NCBI GenBank assembly: GCA_039815375.1
Contig: JBCBZJ010000016.1
Coordinates: 1 to 64,000 of the forward strand
Length of the DNA stretch: 64,000 nt
Direction of reading: 5' to 3'
Source of the DNA: Verrucomicrobiota bacterium
Lineage (GTDB): Bacteria; Verrucomicrobiota; Verrucomicrobiia; Opitutales; Coraliomargaritaceae
Part shown: positions 17,385 through 28,310 of the stretch, piece after piece
How positions within the stretch are numbered: position 1 is the first letter of the stretch
How the letters are laid out: every line of letters starts with the position of its first letter
Notes under the pieces: generated by a model
Told to the model about the DNA's origin: nothing
The model's database searches: none
The model's input: the letters and a program-made list of their open reading frames with translations, nothing else
Position numbers and translations under genes: made by a program

Positions 17385-17969
17385 TCAAGTTTCTGCAAAT
17401 AAAGCCTGCAAGCGCTCATCTTGGCGTAAAAGCCCGACTGCAAAGTGTAAACGAGACTTCACCGTCCCTAAAGGCAGATCCATGGCTTGGGCCACTTCGC
17501 GAAGGCTCAGTTGATCGACAAAACGAAGAATCAACACTTCCCGCTGTTCCACCGAAAGCTTGGAGAGCGCATACTCAAACTCCTCCAGAGGAAACACTGC
17601 CGGTTGAGGCGCATACTCTGCACTTAGCACCAGCAAGCTCTCCTTGGAATCCGCCTCTCGCTCACGCTTGTGCTTCAAATTGAGCGAAAAGCTACGAACG
17701 ACCGGATACAAAAACGTCTTTAGCTGACAACGGAGCTCAAATCCCGGAAATTTACCGAGCAGATAGAGAAAAGTCTCCTGCAGCGCATCTTCGGAAGCCT
17801 CTGCATCACGGGTAAAACGATAAGCCAGCCGAACGACCCAATCCCGGGATCGTCGATACAGGGCCTCAAATGCTGCATGATTTCCTTCATTTACCGCATC
17901 AATTAATGCCTGATCGGTCCAATCTGCGAAGCCAGAAGCGCCTTGCGGAAATAGGTGTGGATCATGCAT
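17385..17969 (-). CDS. ECF-family RNA polymerase sigma factor
   Basis: AFEALY...EDALQETF (region 2) and LSVEQREVLILRF...SLREVAQAMDLPLGTVKSRLH (region 4); start placed at ATG 17969. Confidence 0.93.
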   Translation of the reverse strand: MHDPHLFPQGASGFADWTDQALIDAVNEGNHAAFEALYRRSRDWVVRLAYRFTRDAEASEDALQETFLYLLGKFPGFELRCQLKTFLYPVVRSFSLNLKHKREREADSKESLLVLSAEYAPQPAVFPLEEFEYALSKLSVEQREVLILRFVDQLSLREVAQAMDLPLGTVKSRLHFAVGLLRQDERLQALFAET

Positions 17970-18288
17970 ATAAATTAGGTAGCTAAGCAGCAATTTCACC
18001 CAACAAATGGGATTCAAGCCTCAACTACAAGTATCAAGGCGTTACGTATTTGCATCGCGCGCTTCATCCTTGGGCTGGCTTACTTTTTTTACACTGCACC
18101 TGAAGTTGCAGATCAACACCGAACGACTTTAATTCGGCCTTTCTTTAGCCTTTGGACGTTACAACCCCGAAGTAGATTGGATAACCAAGTAACCAGAGAT
18201 TTACAGCAAGGATTCCGAGCGCTAATCCGGTCGCTATCTTGTTAAGCAAAAAAGAGGTTCAAGGTGCTTTACGCAATTGTGCCCATCT

Positions 18289-18305
18289 TGGGGTGGCAGA
18301 CGGGA
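18289..18305 (-). repeat. 17-bp direct repeat of the tRNA-His 3' end (att-like)
   Basis: TGGGGTGGCAGACGGGA is identical at 18289-18305 and 18418-18434. Confidence 0.9.
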
Positions 18306-18417
18306 CTGCTTCTCCTGCTACATGTTTTCCGAGCGGCACATCCGTGCCTGAACACATTACGTCAAACCCGCTTGCTCGCAGACTCTCATCCCGCCTCTTA
18401 TTTTCACTCTATGAAAA

Positions 18418-18495
18418 TGGGGTGGCAGACGGGATTTGAACCCGCGACCCCTGGTACCACAAACCAGTGCTCTAACCAACTGAGCTACAACCACC
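18418..18495 (-). tRNA. tRNA-His (GTG)
   Basis: Cloverleaf G-GTGGTTG-TA-GCTC..GAGC-A-CTGGT-TTGTGGT-ACCAG..GCGGG-TTCAAAT-CCCGT-CTGCCAC-C-CCA; anticodon GTG, G-1 opposite discriminator C, encoded CCA. Confidence 0.96.
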
Positions 18496-18588
18496 ATATA
18501 GAGAAATGCATTCTGCATTTCAAAGAAAGTGGGAATGCTCATCTTCCCGGGGCTCTTGTCAATATCGCGTTGGATTAAATTTTAGGGG

Positions 18589-19440
18589 TCAGCCGATACG
18601 GGTCACCTCAACAGCGACATCCATCTCCGCATTTGAACTGCCACGGAATGTGCCTGAAAGCGGACGCACATCCGAATAGTCGCGGCCAACGGCGACTTTG
18701 ATATAGATCTCACTCGTGCGGCGATTATGCGTAGGGTCAAAGCCAGCCCAACCAATCCCAGGAAGGAAACAATCCACCCATGCATGAGAGACTGTGTTAT
18801 CGTCAGACGCCCCTGCCCTGCTCTCTTCCATCCAAAAATAGCCGCTGACGTATCGGGCCGGGATACCTGCTGCCCGACAAAGGGCGATCATAACATGAGC
18901 AAAATCCTGACAAACGCCCTCCCTTTCTAAAAAAACCGCACTCAAGGGAGTTTCGACGACGGTCGTGCCGGGTGCATAGGTGAAACCCGTGTGGATGAAG
19001 TACATAATCCGCTCTGCAGCGGTCTGAACGTCATGATACTCCCCCAAAACTTGCTTTGCTTCATGAATCACCATCAGACTGAGCGGAACACGTTCACTGG
19101 CGTGGAGAAAGTCATAGAGCCATTCGTCCTTTTGTAAATCCGGCAACAAAGACGGACAGGATGTTACAGAGAAATCGCGCGCGTCGGCGAAGGTTTCGAC
19201 CGTAGAACGCGCTGTAACCTCAAGCTTTTCGTGAGGATCAACCAATTCGAAACTATGCACCTGATTGGTGTAGAAATCGAGACGCCTCAGAATACTCGCA
19301 CCGCTTGGAGTAATATCCAGATTGAAGGTGTGGCAGAGTTGAAATTGGTCCGACACAGGGCAGAGATAGGCTTCGTTAAAGCTATCCTGAACCGGAGATT
19401 CATAGACATAGCTGGTCCTGTGTTGCACCTCGAACTTCAT
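18589..19440 (-). CDS. Transglutaminase-family protein with Bact_transglu_N-type N-terminus
   Basis: HRTSYVY N-terminus; intact triad GVCQDFAH / HAWV / FDPT; GRDYSDV. Confidence 0.92.
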   Translation of the reverse strand: MKFEVQHRTSYVYESPVQDSFNEAYLCPVSDQFQLCHTFNLDITPSGASILRRLDFYTNQVHSFELVDPHEKLEVTARSTVETFADARDFSVTSCPSLLPDLQKDEWLYDFLHASERVPLSLMVIHEAKQVLGEYHDVQTAAERIMYFIHTGFTYAPGTTVVETPLSAVFLEREGVCQDFAHVMIALCRAAGIPARYVSGYFWMEESRAGASDDNTVSHAWVDCFLPGIGWAGFDPTHNRRTSEIYIKVAVGRDYSDVRPLSGTFRGSSNAEMDVAVEVTRIG

Positions 19441-19462
19441 GGGGTTGAACTAGACTAATATG

Positions 19463-20467
19463 CTACTGCTGTTGCTGCTGAGCGGCAATTTCAGTTTCCA
19501 TATCGATATGAGGATGAAACATATAGCTTTTGTAAACCTCAACCCCGATCTCGACGAAACGTTCCTGCATCGCCTCAAGATACTCATGAAGACCCAGACT
19601 GAAAGCATCCGTAATTGTGTTGTATTTCAATTCACTGAGGAGCCGACCGGATGCATGTTCCGCAGGGTTTGAATACTCTCCCATTGGACAGCCTGAGATA
19701 CGGTGAAGGTTTTTATCCATTTCCCGAACACAAAATTGAATCGAACGCGGGAAGTAGTCGTTGAAGATTAAAAAGTCTGCGACCTTCAAAGGGTCGACGC
19801 TAGCTACATAAATCCGATGGTAGGCCTCAAATGCGCTACAAGACCGCAAAATGGCCGACCATTGCACGGCATCGACGGCGCCGCCGATCTCTTCGAGGCT
19901 GGGCAAAAGAATATGGTATTTGATGTCGAGGATGCGGCTGGTTTTATCAGCACGCTCAAGGAACTTGCCGACCTGCATGAAATAGAAGCCCTCTTTATGC
20001 GGAAAAGTCGAGTCAGTCAGACCCATGAAAAAATGGCTGTAGTCCTGAATCTGTTTATAAAACTCGTAAGGGCCACTGTCCCATACCTGTTTGGCGCTGT
20101 TTGACTTCAGGAAGAGGTAAGCCTGATTGATGCACTGCCACATTTCAGTCGAAAGCTGATCGCGGATCATACTGGCATTCTCACGGGCCGCCAGCATGCA
20201 GGACAGGATAGAGCTGGGGTTCTTCTTATTGAAAGTAAGAAACTCAGTGACGCTACTGGAGTCAGCTTGATCATAGAGCTCGTAGAATAGATCTTCATCG
20301 CCAGTGGCACGGATGACAGGCTCCCAGTGCTCTTTGAGCTTCAAATCATCCAACTCCTCGAAATCGAGCAAGAGCTGAAGATTCACGTCCAGCAGACGCG
20401 AAACATTCTCGGCCCGCTCAATGTAACGGCTCATCCAGTAAAGAGAATCTGCAACGCGTGAAAGCAT
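19463..20467 (-). CDS. Alpha-E domain protein
   Basis: MLSRVADSLYWMSRYIERAEN, ARENA, LERADKTSR, FPRSI; start at ATG 20467. Confidence 0.92.
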   Translation of the reverse strand: MLSRVADSLYWMSRYIERAENVSRLLDVNLQLLLDFEELDDLKLKEHWEPVIRATGDEDLFYELYDQADSSSVTEFLTFNKKNPSSILSCMLAARENASMIRDQLSTEMWQCINQAYLFLKSNSAKQVWDSGPYEFYKQIQDYSHFFMGLTDSTFPHKEGFYFMQVGKFLERADKTSRILDIKYHILLPSLEEIGGAVDAVQWSAILRSCSAFEAYHRIYVASVDPLKVADFLIFNDYFPRSIQFCVREMDKNLHRISGCPMGEYSNPAEHASGRLLSELKYNTITDAFSLGLHEYLEAMQERFVEIGVEVYKSYMFHPHIDMETEIAAQQQQQ

Positions 20468-20489
20468 ATCAGAAAGAGTCGGTTCGGGT

Positions 20490-21929
20490 TCAGCTGTCGG
20501 AATAAAGGACCCAGGTGTCTTTACTTCCTCCACCCTGAGACGAGTTGACCACAAGAGAGCCCTTACGCAGTGCGACACGAGTCAGGCCCCCCGGAACGAT
20601 GGTGGTCTTTTCCCCGGACAGGATATAGGGGCGCAGGTCGACATGCCGCCCCTCGAAATCGTTCCCGCACCAAGTCGGGTGGCGGGACAGCATAATGGGC
20701 GGCTGGGCAATAAAGTTGCGGGGGTCCTCCTTGATCAGGCCTCGAAATTTTTCGACCTCTTCCCGACTCGCGGCTGGCCCAATGAGCATTCCGTATCCAC
20801 CGGCTTCGTTAGTCGATTTCACGACGAGGTTTTCAAGGTTATCCAGAATATACTGATAGTGTTTTTCCTCTGATGCTATAAAGGTTTCGACCTGCCCCAG
20901 AATGGGCTCCTCGCTTAAATAGAAGCGAATCATGTCGGGCACAAAAGCGTAGATCAGTTTGTCGTCGGCAATACCGGTTCCAATGGCATTGGCGATATTC
21001 ACATTGCCAGCCCTCAAGGCGTTAACGAGCCCAGGAACACCTAAAGCAGAATCAGAGCGAAAGACACTCGGATCCAGAAAATCGTCGTCAACCCTTCTGT
21101 AGATTACATCTACCTGCTGGAGGCCCTGCGTCGTGCGCATATAGACTTTGAAATCACGAACGATCAGGTCATTGCCCTGGACAATTTCGATCCCCATCTG
21201 CCGCGCAAGGAAGCAATGCTCGAAGTAAGCACTGTTGTAATGCCCCGGAGTGAGCAGAACACAGACGGGGTTGTCCTTCTGGTAAGGAGCAATATATTTT
21301 AGCGTATTCAGCAGCTCTTCAGAATAGTTCTCAACTGGTCGAACACCCGCCCGAGGAAAGAAATACGGGAACGCACGCTTCATTGCTGCCCGGTTCTCAA
21401 GAAGGTAAGAGACGCCGGAAGGACAGCGGGCGTTATCCTCGAGCACAAGGTAGTTGCCCTGGTCATCACGAATCAAGTCGCTGCCGCAAATATGAATATA
21501 GATATCTTTCGGGACTTCGACACCCATGAACTCACGACGGAAATGCTTTCCCGATAAGATATAGCCTGCGGGAATGATTCCTTCCTTGATGATGCGTTGC
21601 TCGCCGTAGATATCCTTGAGGAAGAGATTAAGCGCCAAAATCCGCTGAGTTAGTCCACGCTCCAGATGTTCCCACTCTGTCTTCGGTATGATCCGGGGCA
21701 TTAAATCGAAAGGAAAAATTTTCTCCGTTCCTTCTCCGTCTCCATATACTGTGAAAGTAATGCCTTGCCTGAGGAATGAAAGATCAACCGTTTGCCGCTT
21801 TTGCTCGTAGGCCTCTTTGGTTAGACCCTCCATTCGGTTGAAAATCCCCTGGTAATGCGGACGGACGTTGCCCTCCGCATCAAACATCTCGTCAAAAAAC
21901 GAATTTGTGGCGTAACCTTCAAAAAACAT
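20490..21929 (-). CDS. Circularly permuted type 2 ATP-grasp protein
   Basis: [47 protein letters not shown]. Confidence 0.95.
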   Translation of the reverse strand: MFFEGYATNSFFDEMFDAEGNVRPHYQGIFNRMEGLTKEAYEQKRQTVDLSFLRQGITFTVYGDGEGTEKIFPFDLMPRIIPKTEWEHLERGLTQRILALNLFLKDIYGEQRIIKEGIIPAGYILSGKHFRREFMGVEVPKDIYIHICGSDLIRDDQGNYLVLEDNARCPSGVSYLLENRAAMKRAFPYFFPRAGVRPVENYSEELLNTLKYIAPYQKDNPVCVLLTPGHYNSAYFEHCFLARQMGIEIVQGNDLIVRDFKVYMRTTQGLQQVDVIYRRVDDDFLDPSVFRSDSALGVPGLVNALRAGNVNIANAIGTGIADDKLIYAFVPDMIRFYLSEEPILGQVETFIASEEKHYQYILDNLENLVVKSTNEAGGYGMLIGPAASREEVEKFRGLIKEDPRNFIAQPPIMLSRHPTWCGNDFEGRHVDLRPYILSGEKTTIVPGGLTRVALRKGSLVVNSSQGGGSKDTWVLYSDS

Positions 21930-21985
21930 AGCAGTCGCTCCGAATTAGCAGATTATTTGCCGCATCAAAGGCTTTCTCAAAATAA

Positions 21986-22573
21986 CTATAGCTCAGAAGA
22001 CACTGCGATAGCCAACTGCCGAATACCTTCGTTCCAGGCAGCAACCAAACTCGATGCATCTCCTTTGCTCCAGCCCAAATCAGTAGCCCTAAATAGACCG
22101 GACACTGATTCACTATCAGAACTCGAAATTTCCCACCGCGCTTCCAACACGACTCGACCATCGATGTATGCGCTAAGCTGATAAACATGTAGCTTTATCT
22201 TCGGTATATCACGCGATGGATAAACCCATGGATAATAACCATAAACATCAATGTCGGATGCTTCTGCAGCAATGAACTCAGCCAACGCGCGTGAAAGGCC
22301 TTCTTCAATAGGCTCCGCCCAGCGCGCCGAACCCAGAGCCTTCAATTCACCATCAGCTTCCCGATATGCCAATTGACTTCCGGAGAGATAAACCGGCAGA
22401 TTCGGGCGTGAGATATAGATTCTTTTTTTATCTCCAGAGTCCTCACTGCCCTCAAATGATGATACTGGCCCAAGCGTATACAGCTTAGTCATATCAGGCG
22501 AAGGCTCGAGGTTGACGCAGGAAGTCGAGAGAGAAGCACCGAGTGCGATAAGGAAAAAGGCAGCGTATTTCAT
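21986..22573 (-). CDS. PqiC-like ABC transport auxiliary lipoprotein
   Basis: Lipobox-like STSC; LPVYL...RWAEPI motif; follows the MCE gene. Confidence 0.82.
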   Translation of the reverse strand: MKYAAFFLIALGASLSTSCVNLEPSPDMTKLYTLGPVSSFEGSEDSGDKKRIYISRPNLPVYLSGSQLAYREADGELKALGSARWAEPIEEGLSRALAEFIAAEASDIDVYGYYPWVYPSRDIPKIKLHVYQLSAYIDGRVVLEARWEISSSDSESVSGLFRATDLGWSKGDASSLVAAWNEGIRQLAIAVSSEL

Positions 22574-22582
22574 AGGATAAAT

Positions 22583-23590
22583 CTATTCTTCGGCTTCAGC
22601 TCGGCCTGTAAGCAAGGCCTTAGGATTACGTTCAAGGTAGTCCACCAGTTTACGGATGGATTGTGCTGTTCGACTGACCTCACGAAGTGTGTTTTCAGCC
22701 TCAAAGCGGACACTGCTATCCGGTTCAATCAGCAAACTCATCTTCGCCATCAGTTCATTTAAGTTCACCAAAGTCGCACCAAATTCCTGGGTCCTGACTT
22801 TAATGGAATCTGCGAGTGGGCCCTCCTTCATATTCAGAGAACTGGCAGTCGCACTAACTTCATCCAATGCGATCTTCAGGGATGACACAGTGCCTGCAAA
22901 GGACTCTGAGGAAAGGAAATCACCGATCTGGGTTGCAGCAGAAACGACAGAGTCACTCAGCTCTTCCGACTTAATCCCCGCCAGAACTACGGTGAGATTC
23001 TCCATCAAAAGGTTCAGATTGTCGTTCAGACGCTCGAGATCGATGCTCCCGAAATCAGAGATAAGCTTGGCAATGTCCTCAGTGATTTCCTCTAAGGATG
23101 AGCTGAGCGTAGGAATCTCCATCATCTCGCTCTCGCCGATCAAATGCCGTTGCAGGCCAGAGCTCCGTTCACGGTTAAAGCTGAACTCAATGAATAACTG
23201 CCCTGTGATAAAACTCTCAATCGTGAGTTCAGCTACCAGGCCACGGCGGATGGAGTCCCGTATAGATTCCGGGTCGAAAGTCTCATCGACGACACCGAGA
23301 TCATTTTCCAATCGAGTGCGGTCGATATTAATGATCACCGGAATCGCAGTTGAGTCGGGATGTTGACCCTCTGCTCGGATGAGAACTCGCTGCACAGTTC
23401 CGACAGGGACCCCCCGAAACTTCACCAGGCTGCCTTCATTCAGTCCGTTAACCGACTGATCAAAGAAAAGAATGAACCGCGTGTTTTTACTCAACAAACT
23501 CGACGATCCAAAAAACGCTATCATTCCAAGGAGCAAGGCAAGTGAAGCCACGACAAAAGCACCTACAAATTTTGGATTCGGTCTGTTCAT
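22583..23590 (-). CDS. MCE/MlaD-family protein
   Basis: N-terminal TM helix; SVNGLNEGSLVKFRGVPVG; C-terminal YLERNPKALL. Confidence 0.9.
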   Translation of the reverse strand: MNRPNPKFVGAFVVASLALLLGMIAFFGSSSLLSKNTRFILFFDQSVNGLNEGSLVKFRGVPVGTVQRVLIRAEGQHPDSTAIPVIINIDRTRLENDLGVVDETFDPESIRDSIRRGLVAELTIESFITGQLFIEFSFNRERSSGLQRHLIGESEMMEIPTLSSSLEEITEDIAKLISDFGSIDLERLNDNLNLLMENLTVVLAGIKSEELSDSVVSAATQIGDFLSSESFAGTVSSLKIALDEVSATASSLNMKEGPLADSIKVRTQEFGATLVNLNELMAKMSLLIEPDSSVRFEAENTLREVSRTAQSIRKLVDYLERNPKALLTGRAEAEE

Positions 23591-23631
23591 TTTCTCATGT
23601 GTTCTTTTTGTGAAAGATAGTTAGGAAATAT

Positions 23632-24417
23632 TCAATCATTAGCTCCGTCTGAATTTTCGAGGGCCAACTCCCCACGCTTGAGGAAATTCCTGACCTTTGG
23701 ATCGATTTCCGGATCGTTTACGAGCTCATTTGGATTTCCATCGCAGAGCAATGTCTTGGTTTCTGCATCGAGAAAGAGTGCGCTATCCGCGATCGCGAAG
23801 ATACTGGCTAGCTCGTGCGTCACAACAATCACCGTTGCACCAAGCGCATCACGCAGCTCAAGAATCAAGTCATCCAATCTTCTGGAACTCAATGGATCGA
23901 GGCCAGCAGAAGGCTCGTCGAAGAAGAGAATCTGCGGATCCAGTGCAATAGCTCGGGCCAACCCAGCTCGCTTGCGCATACCACCACTGAGTTCAGAGGG
24001 ATAGCGATGACCGAATCCACCCAACCCGACCAGAGAAAGTTTAAATTCAACCACTTGCTCGATCTCTGGAGTCGAGAGCCCAGTATACTGCTCGAGCGGC
24101 AATGCGATATTCTGTGCAACGGTCATCGAGCTCCATAGAGCACCACTTTGGAAAAGCACACCGAAACGACGACAGAACGCATCTCCGGATGATTGCTCCG
24201 GCTCAAAGCGATCTCCATCATAGTAAATGTCACCCTTCGAACTCTGCTCGAGCCCGATCATATGCTTCAGCAGAGTGCTCTTACCACAACCACTGCCTCC
24301 CATGATGATTTTAACCTCACCACGTTTAACCGTGAAATTAAGATCATTCATCACCACATAGTCTCCGTAAGCCATGGTGAGGTTTTGAACCGTAATCTTA
24401 TCTTGTGAGCCTTCCAT
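23632..24417 (-). CDS. mlaF: MlaF-type ABC transporter ATPase
   Basis: GGSGCGKS, LSGGMRKR, FDEPSAGLDP, VTHE. Confidence 0.88.
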   Translation of the reverse strand: MEGSQDKITVQNLTMAYGDYVVMNDLNFTVKRGEVKIIMGGSGCGKSTLLKHMIGLEQSSKGDIYYDGDRFEPEQSSGDAFCRRFGVLFQSGALWSSMTVAQNIALPLEQYTGLSTPEIEQVVEFKLSLVGLGGFGHRYPSELSGGMRKRAGLARAIALDPQILFFDEPSAGLDPLSSRRLDDLILELRDALGATVIVVTHELASIFAIADSALFLDAETKTLLCDGNPNELVNDPEIDPKVRNFLKRGELALENSDGAND

Positions 24418-24421
24418 TTCC

Positions 24422-25576
24422 TTAAATACCGATCATTTGGAAGAGAACGGCAAAGATCGCATCCGCGACGACGATCCATGTGATCGCAGTTACGACAGCC
24501 GACGTAGTAGCCAAACCGACAGCAGTTGCATCTTTACCACTATTCAAACCGCGATAACAACCCGAGACCGCGATAATCACGCCAAATACGACACTCTTGA
24601 ATAGTCCGACCAAAAAGTCCGATAGCGCCACAGCATTATCGACTTGATTGACATATTGGACAACGCCGACATCCGAGATCGCAATCGCGACAACCATGCC
24701 ACCAAGAATCGACACAAAGTCGGCGCAAGCACAGAGCAAGGGCATCATCAAAACTAACGCAAGCACGCGAGGCAGCACTAGAAACTGCATGGGAGATATC
24801 CCGAAAGTAGTTAGCGCATCAATCTCCTCATTTACCTTCATGCTACCAATTTGCGCAGCGAACGCAGCACCTGTCCGGCCAGCCATGATTACACCAGCCA
24901 TAACCGCCCCGAGCTCACGAGTTGTAGCCAAACCAACCAAGTCAGCCACGTAGATGTCTGCAGCAAACTTCTGCAACTGGATGACCCCGATGAACGCAAT
25001 GATCAAGCCGGTCAAAAAACTCAGCAAGGAAACAATCGGTAGTGCCATCGGCCCTGTCGACTGAAGCAGGTAAAAGAAGTCTTCCCTACGGAGCTGCGCT
25101 CTACCTCGCAACAGTTCAAAAAAATCGAGGGTTAGCTCTCCCAAAAAAGCGAAAAAGCCCTCAATCGCACCCCAGAAGCCAAGCGAATGCTCACCCAATC
25201 CCAAGAGCCAGCTACGCGCTTTAGTTTCCAAACGATTGGTGTTTTTCGGGATCGCAAGAGAGAGCCTCACCAAATTTTGAACACCTTCCGGCAAGCCATC
25301 CAGTTCACAGCTCAAGTCGTTCTCGCTGGCCCAGTCCTGACAGGCTCTTATAAATATGAGTAAGCCTGTATCCCACTCCTCAAGATGCTCCACGTCAAAA
25401 CGGATGGAAGTATAACGCGCTATATCAACACTTGCCAAGATATCTGATAGCTCAGGACGTTTCTCAGACAGCAACCAAGGACCGCAGAGCCTAAGAGTGA
25501 GGACGCAATCGTCGCCATCAGGATCGCTGCTGAGCGCGAAACACGCCGGCACAATCTTCTCTTGCTCACTCATCAA
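24422..25576 (-). CDS. mlaE: MlaE-type ABC permease with N-terminal STAS-like domain
   Basis: RELGAV...AGRTGAAFAAQIGSMKVNEEIDAL...LVLPR. Confidence 0.88.
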   Translation of the reverse strand: MMSEQEKIVPACFALSSDPDGDDCVLTLRLCGPWLLSEKRPELSDILASVDIARYTSIRFDVEHLEEWDTGLLIFIRACQDWASENDLSCELDGLPEGVQNLVRLSLAIPKNTNRLETKARSWLLGLGEHSLGFWGAIEGFFAFLGELTLDFFELLRGRAQLRREDFFYLLQSTGPMALPIVSLLSFLTGLIIAFIGVIQLQKFAADIYVADLVGLATTRELGAVMAGVIMAGRTGAAFAAQIGSMKVNEEIDALTTFGISPMQFLVLPRVLALVLMMPLLCACADFVSILGGMVVAIAISDVGVVQYVNQVDNAVALSDFLVGLFKSVVFGVIIAVSGCYRGLNSGKDATAVGLATTSAVVTAITWIVVADAIFAVLFQMIGI

Positions 25577-25678
25577 ATCGTTTTCAAATCACACCTTCGC
25601 TTGCCTTTCATGCCGGACGTGCCCATGGAATATTTCGTAGGGTGAACGATACACCTTGGCGAATAAAGCACATTTATT

Positions 25679-26335
25679 ATGCAAAACATCCTCTTCGACC
25701 TCGACGGCACCCTGATCGATCATTTCAGCGCGATCCACCGTGGAGTTGTCTATGCCCAACGTGAACTTGGCTTACCGGAGAGCGACTACCCAACTGTCCG
25801 CTCAACTGTGGGAGGATCCGTTCCCATTACCCTGGGAAAACTTTGCGGCATAGAACACGTTGACGCTGCAGAACCAATTTTCAAAAAACACTTCGCCGAG
25901 ATCATGTATGATGATGTTGAGGCACTCCCGGGCAGCGCAGAACTGCTTAAACAGCTCAAATTCAAAGGCTACAAACTAGCGGTATTCACCAACAAATATG
26001 AGGTCCATGCCGAAGCGATTCTCAAACACCTCGGCCTGACAGGGCATCTGGATGACGTAATCGGAACCGGACACGGCCACGGACTGCGAAAGCCCGATCC
26101 GCGTTTCACAATGGAAGCCCTCGAAAGAATGGACTGTGCTTCCGACGAGGCCATCATGATCGGCGACTCCCCTTATGACTACGCTGCCGCAGAGGCAGGC
26201 TGTCTTCCCTGCTACCTTGTCGCGACTGGAAGCCATAGCATCGCAAAACTTCACGAAGAGACGAACGCCACCGGAATTTATCATGACCTGATTGAACTCG
26301 GACATGAGCTATTTCGCATCTCTCTATCAAAGTAA
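25679..26335 (+). CDS. HAD-family hydrolase (phosphoglycolate phosphatase-like)
   Basis: FDLDGTL, TNK, KPDP, GDSPYD. Confidence 0.9.
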   Translation: MQNILFDLDGTLIDHFSAIHRGVVYAQRELGLPESDYPTVRSTVGGSVPITLGKLCGIEHVDAAEPIFKKHFAEIMYDDVEALPGSAELLKQLKFKGYKLAVFTNKYEVHAEAILKHLGLTGHLDDVIGTGHGHGLRKPDPRFTMEALERMDCASDEAIMIGDSPYDYAAAEAGCLPCYLVATGSHSIAKLHEETNATGIYHDLIELGHELFRISLSK

Positions 26336-26982
26336 TGTCTCTCCCATTTCCAAAAACCGTCCTTTGGGACATGGACGGCACCCTGATTGACCAAACCGCG
26401 CCAATTATTCGTTGCTATGTCGAAGTCATCACAAATCTGGGCTATCCTGAACCATCGCCTTCAGAAATCCACCGCAGCATGGGTGGGCCTATGGCGTCCA
26501 CTATGGGCCTTTTTATTGAACCAGATCTCCTTGAAGAAGCCTGTGCTGCCTTTCGAAGGCGCTTTCCCGAAATAATGTTCGAAGGACTTATCATTCTACC
26601 GGGTGCTCTTGAATTGATTGAATATTTTGCAGCTAGAGAGATCCCTCAGGCCATTTTCACGAACAAGCACGGCGAAACCGCCCGAGCTGTGAGCGAACAC
26701 TGTGGATTTGCAAAACACATCCCAGTTTGCATCGGAAATACGGATACAAAATGGGCCAAACCTGAAGCCGACTTAACCAACTATGTATTGCAAAAAATTC
26801 CTGCGACGAACGAGGCTGCAGTTCTCATTGGCGACTCACCGACTGACGTGCAGACGGCCCAAAATGCAGGTATCGAATGCTACGGCATCACGACTGGGGC
26901 GCATACCAAAGACGAACTCAAGCGAGCTGGTGCCCTACATTCTTTTGAAAGTTTAACTCAGCTGAAAATCCGTTTCAACTAA
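26335..26982 (+). CDS. HAD-family hydrolase (phosphoglycolate phosphatase-like), paralog of the upstream gene
   Basis: WDMDGTL, TNK, KPE, GDSPTD; TAATG overlap. Confidence 0.9.
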   Translation: MSLPFPKTVLWDMDGTLIDQTAPIIRCYVEVITNLGYPEPSPSEIHRSMGGPMASTMGLFIEPDLLEEACAAFRRRFPEIMFEGLIILPGALELIEYFAAREIPQAIFTNKHGETARAVSEHCGFAKHIPVCIGNTDTKWAKPEADLTNYVLQKIPATNEAAVLIGDSPTDVQTAQNAGIECYGITTGAHTKDELKRAGALHSFESLTQLKIRFN

Positions 26983-28211
26983 CCGAAGAAACGCTGCAGT
27001 TTTCTCACTGCGTTCGTGAGGCGCTCGACATCCCCGAAATCATTGTAAAACGCAAAGGATGCACGAGCCGTAGCGGGCAAACCATATCGCTTCAATAACG
27101 GTTGTGTGCAATGATGCCCCGCTCGAATCGCGACACCATCAGCATCCAAAAAAGTGCCAATGTCGTGCGGATGAATACCGTCGATAACAAAAGAGAGAAT
27201 CGATGCCTTATCTGGTGCAGTGCCGATAATTCGCAGGTCATCGACCTCACGAAGCGACTCAGTAGCTGCATGCAGAAGTGCTGTCTCGTGTGCGAGTGCA
27301 CCTTCACGATCCAACCGACTCATGTAATCAACCGCCGCCACGAGCCCAATAACACCGGAGATATGCGGTGTGCCCGCTTCGAATTTTGACGGAATCGGCT
27401 TGTAGGTCGTGCCCGCAAAATCGACCTGCTCAATCATATCTCCACCACTCTCGTATGGCGGGAATTTTTCAAGCCATTCACGCTTGCCCCACAGGACTCC
27501 GATTCCTGTCGGGCCAAGTAGCTTGTGAGCGGAAAAAACAAAGAAATCACAATCCAAAGCGGCGATGTCGACAGGCATATGTGGAACGGACTGGCAGCCA
27601 TCCAGTAGAACCGGGACTCCAAGCGCATGCGCTCGTTCAATCATCGTCTCGACTGGATTGATCGTGCCGAGAGAGTTCGAAACATGGACGATGCCTAGTA
27701 ACTTTGTCTTTTCAGAAAGCATACTACTGAAGGCATCGAGATCTATCTCGCCGTCTTCAGTAACCGGTATGACTCTAAGTTCGGCGCCGGTCTTTTCGGC
27801 TGCGATTTGCCATGGCACGATATTCGCATGATGCTCCATGTGGCTGATAAGGATCTCATCACCCTGCTTCAAAACGGTCTCGATGAAGCCATGCGCGACC
27901 AAGTTGATACCTTCAGTTGCACCTCTGACAAAGATGATCTCAGCAGGATCCGGCGCACCTATGAAATCTGCGATTTTGGAACGTGCCGACTCGTAAGCAT
28001 CTGTTGCCTGCTCACTCAGATAGTGCACTCCGCGGTGGATATTGGAATTCTCAGAGGTGTAATAGCGCTGTAATGTCTCAATAACAGAAGTGGGCTTTTG
28101 CGAAGTCGCACCATTATCCAGATACGTCAGGGGCTTGCCCCGCACATCTGTTGCCAGGATAGGAAAATCAGCCCGAATGCGGGCTATATCAAATGACTCT
28201 AATTCGCTCAC
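26979..28211 (-). CDS. sufS: SufS-type cysteine desulfurase
   Basis: [36 protein letters not shown]; start placed at GTG 28211 (uncertain). Confidence 0.92.
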   Translation of the reverse strand: MSELESFDIARIRADFPILATDVRGKPLTYLDNGATSQKPTSVIETLQRYYTSENSNIHRGVHYLSEQATDAYESARSKIADFIGAPDPAEIIFVRGATEGINLVAHGFIETVLKQGDEILISHMEHHANIVPWQIAAEKTGAELRVIPVTEDGEIDLDAFSSMLSEKTKLLGIVHVSNSLGTINPVETMIERAHALGVPVLLDGCQSVPHMPVDIAALDCDFFVFSAHKLLGPTGIGVLWGKREWLEKFPPYESGGDMIEQVDFAGTTYKPIPSKFEAGTPHISGVIGLVAAVDYMSRLDREGALAHETALLHAATESLREVDDLRIIGTAPDKASILSFVIDGIHPHDIGTFLDADGVAIRAGHHCTQPLLKRYGLPATARASFAFYNDFGDVERLTNAVRKLQRFFG

Positions 28212-28310
28212 GGGTCTTAATGTCCCTGCTTCATGAAGAATCTCAACGGAATTTAGACGAAATTTTCGGTAGAGCTTTGCGAGCTTTTGAACATCTTCTG
28301 AACAAAACTC

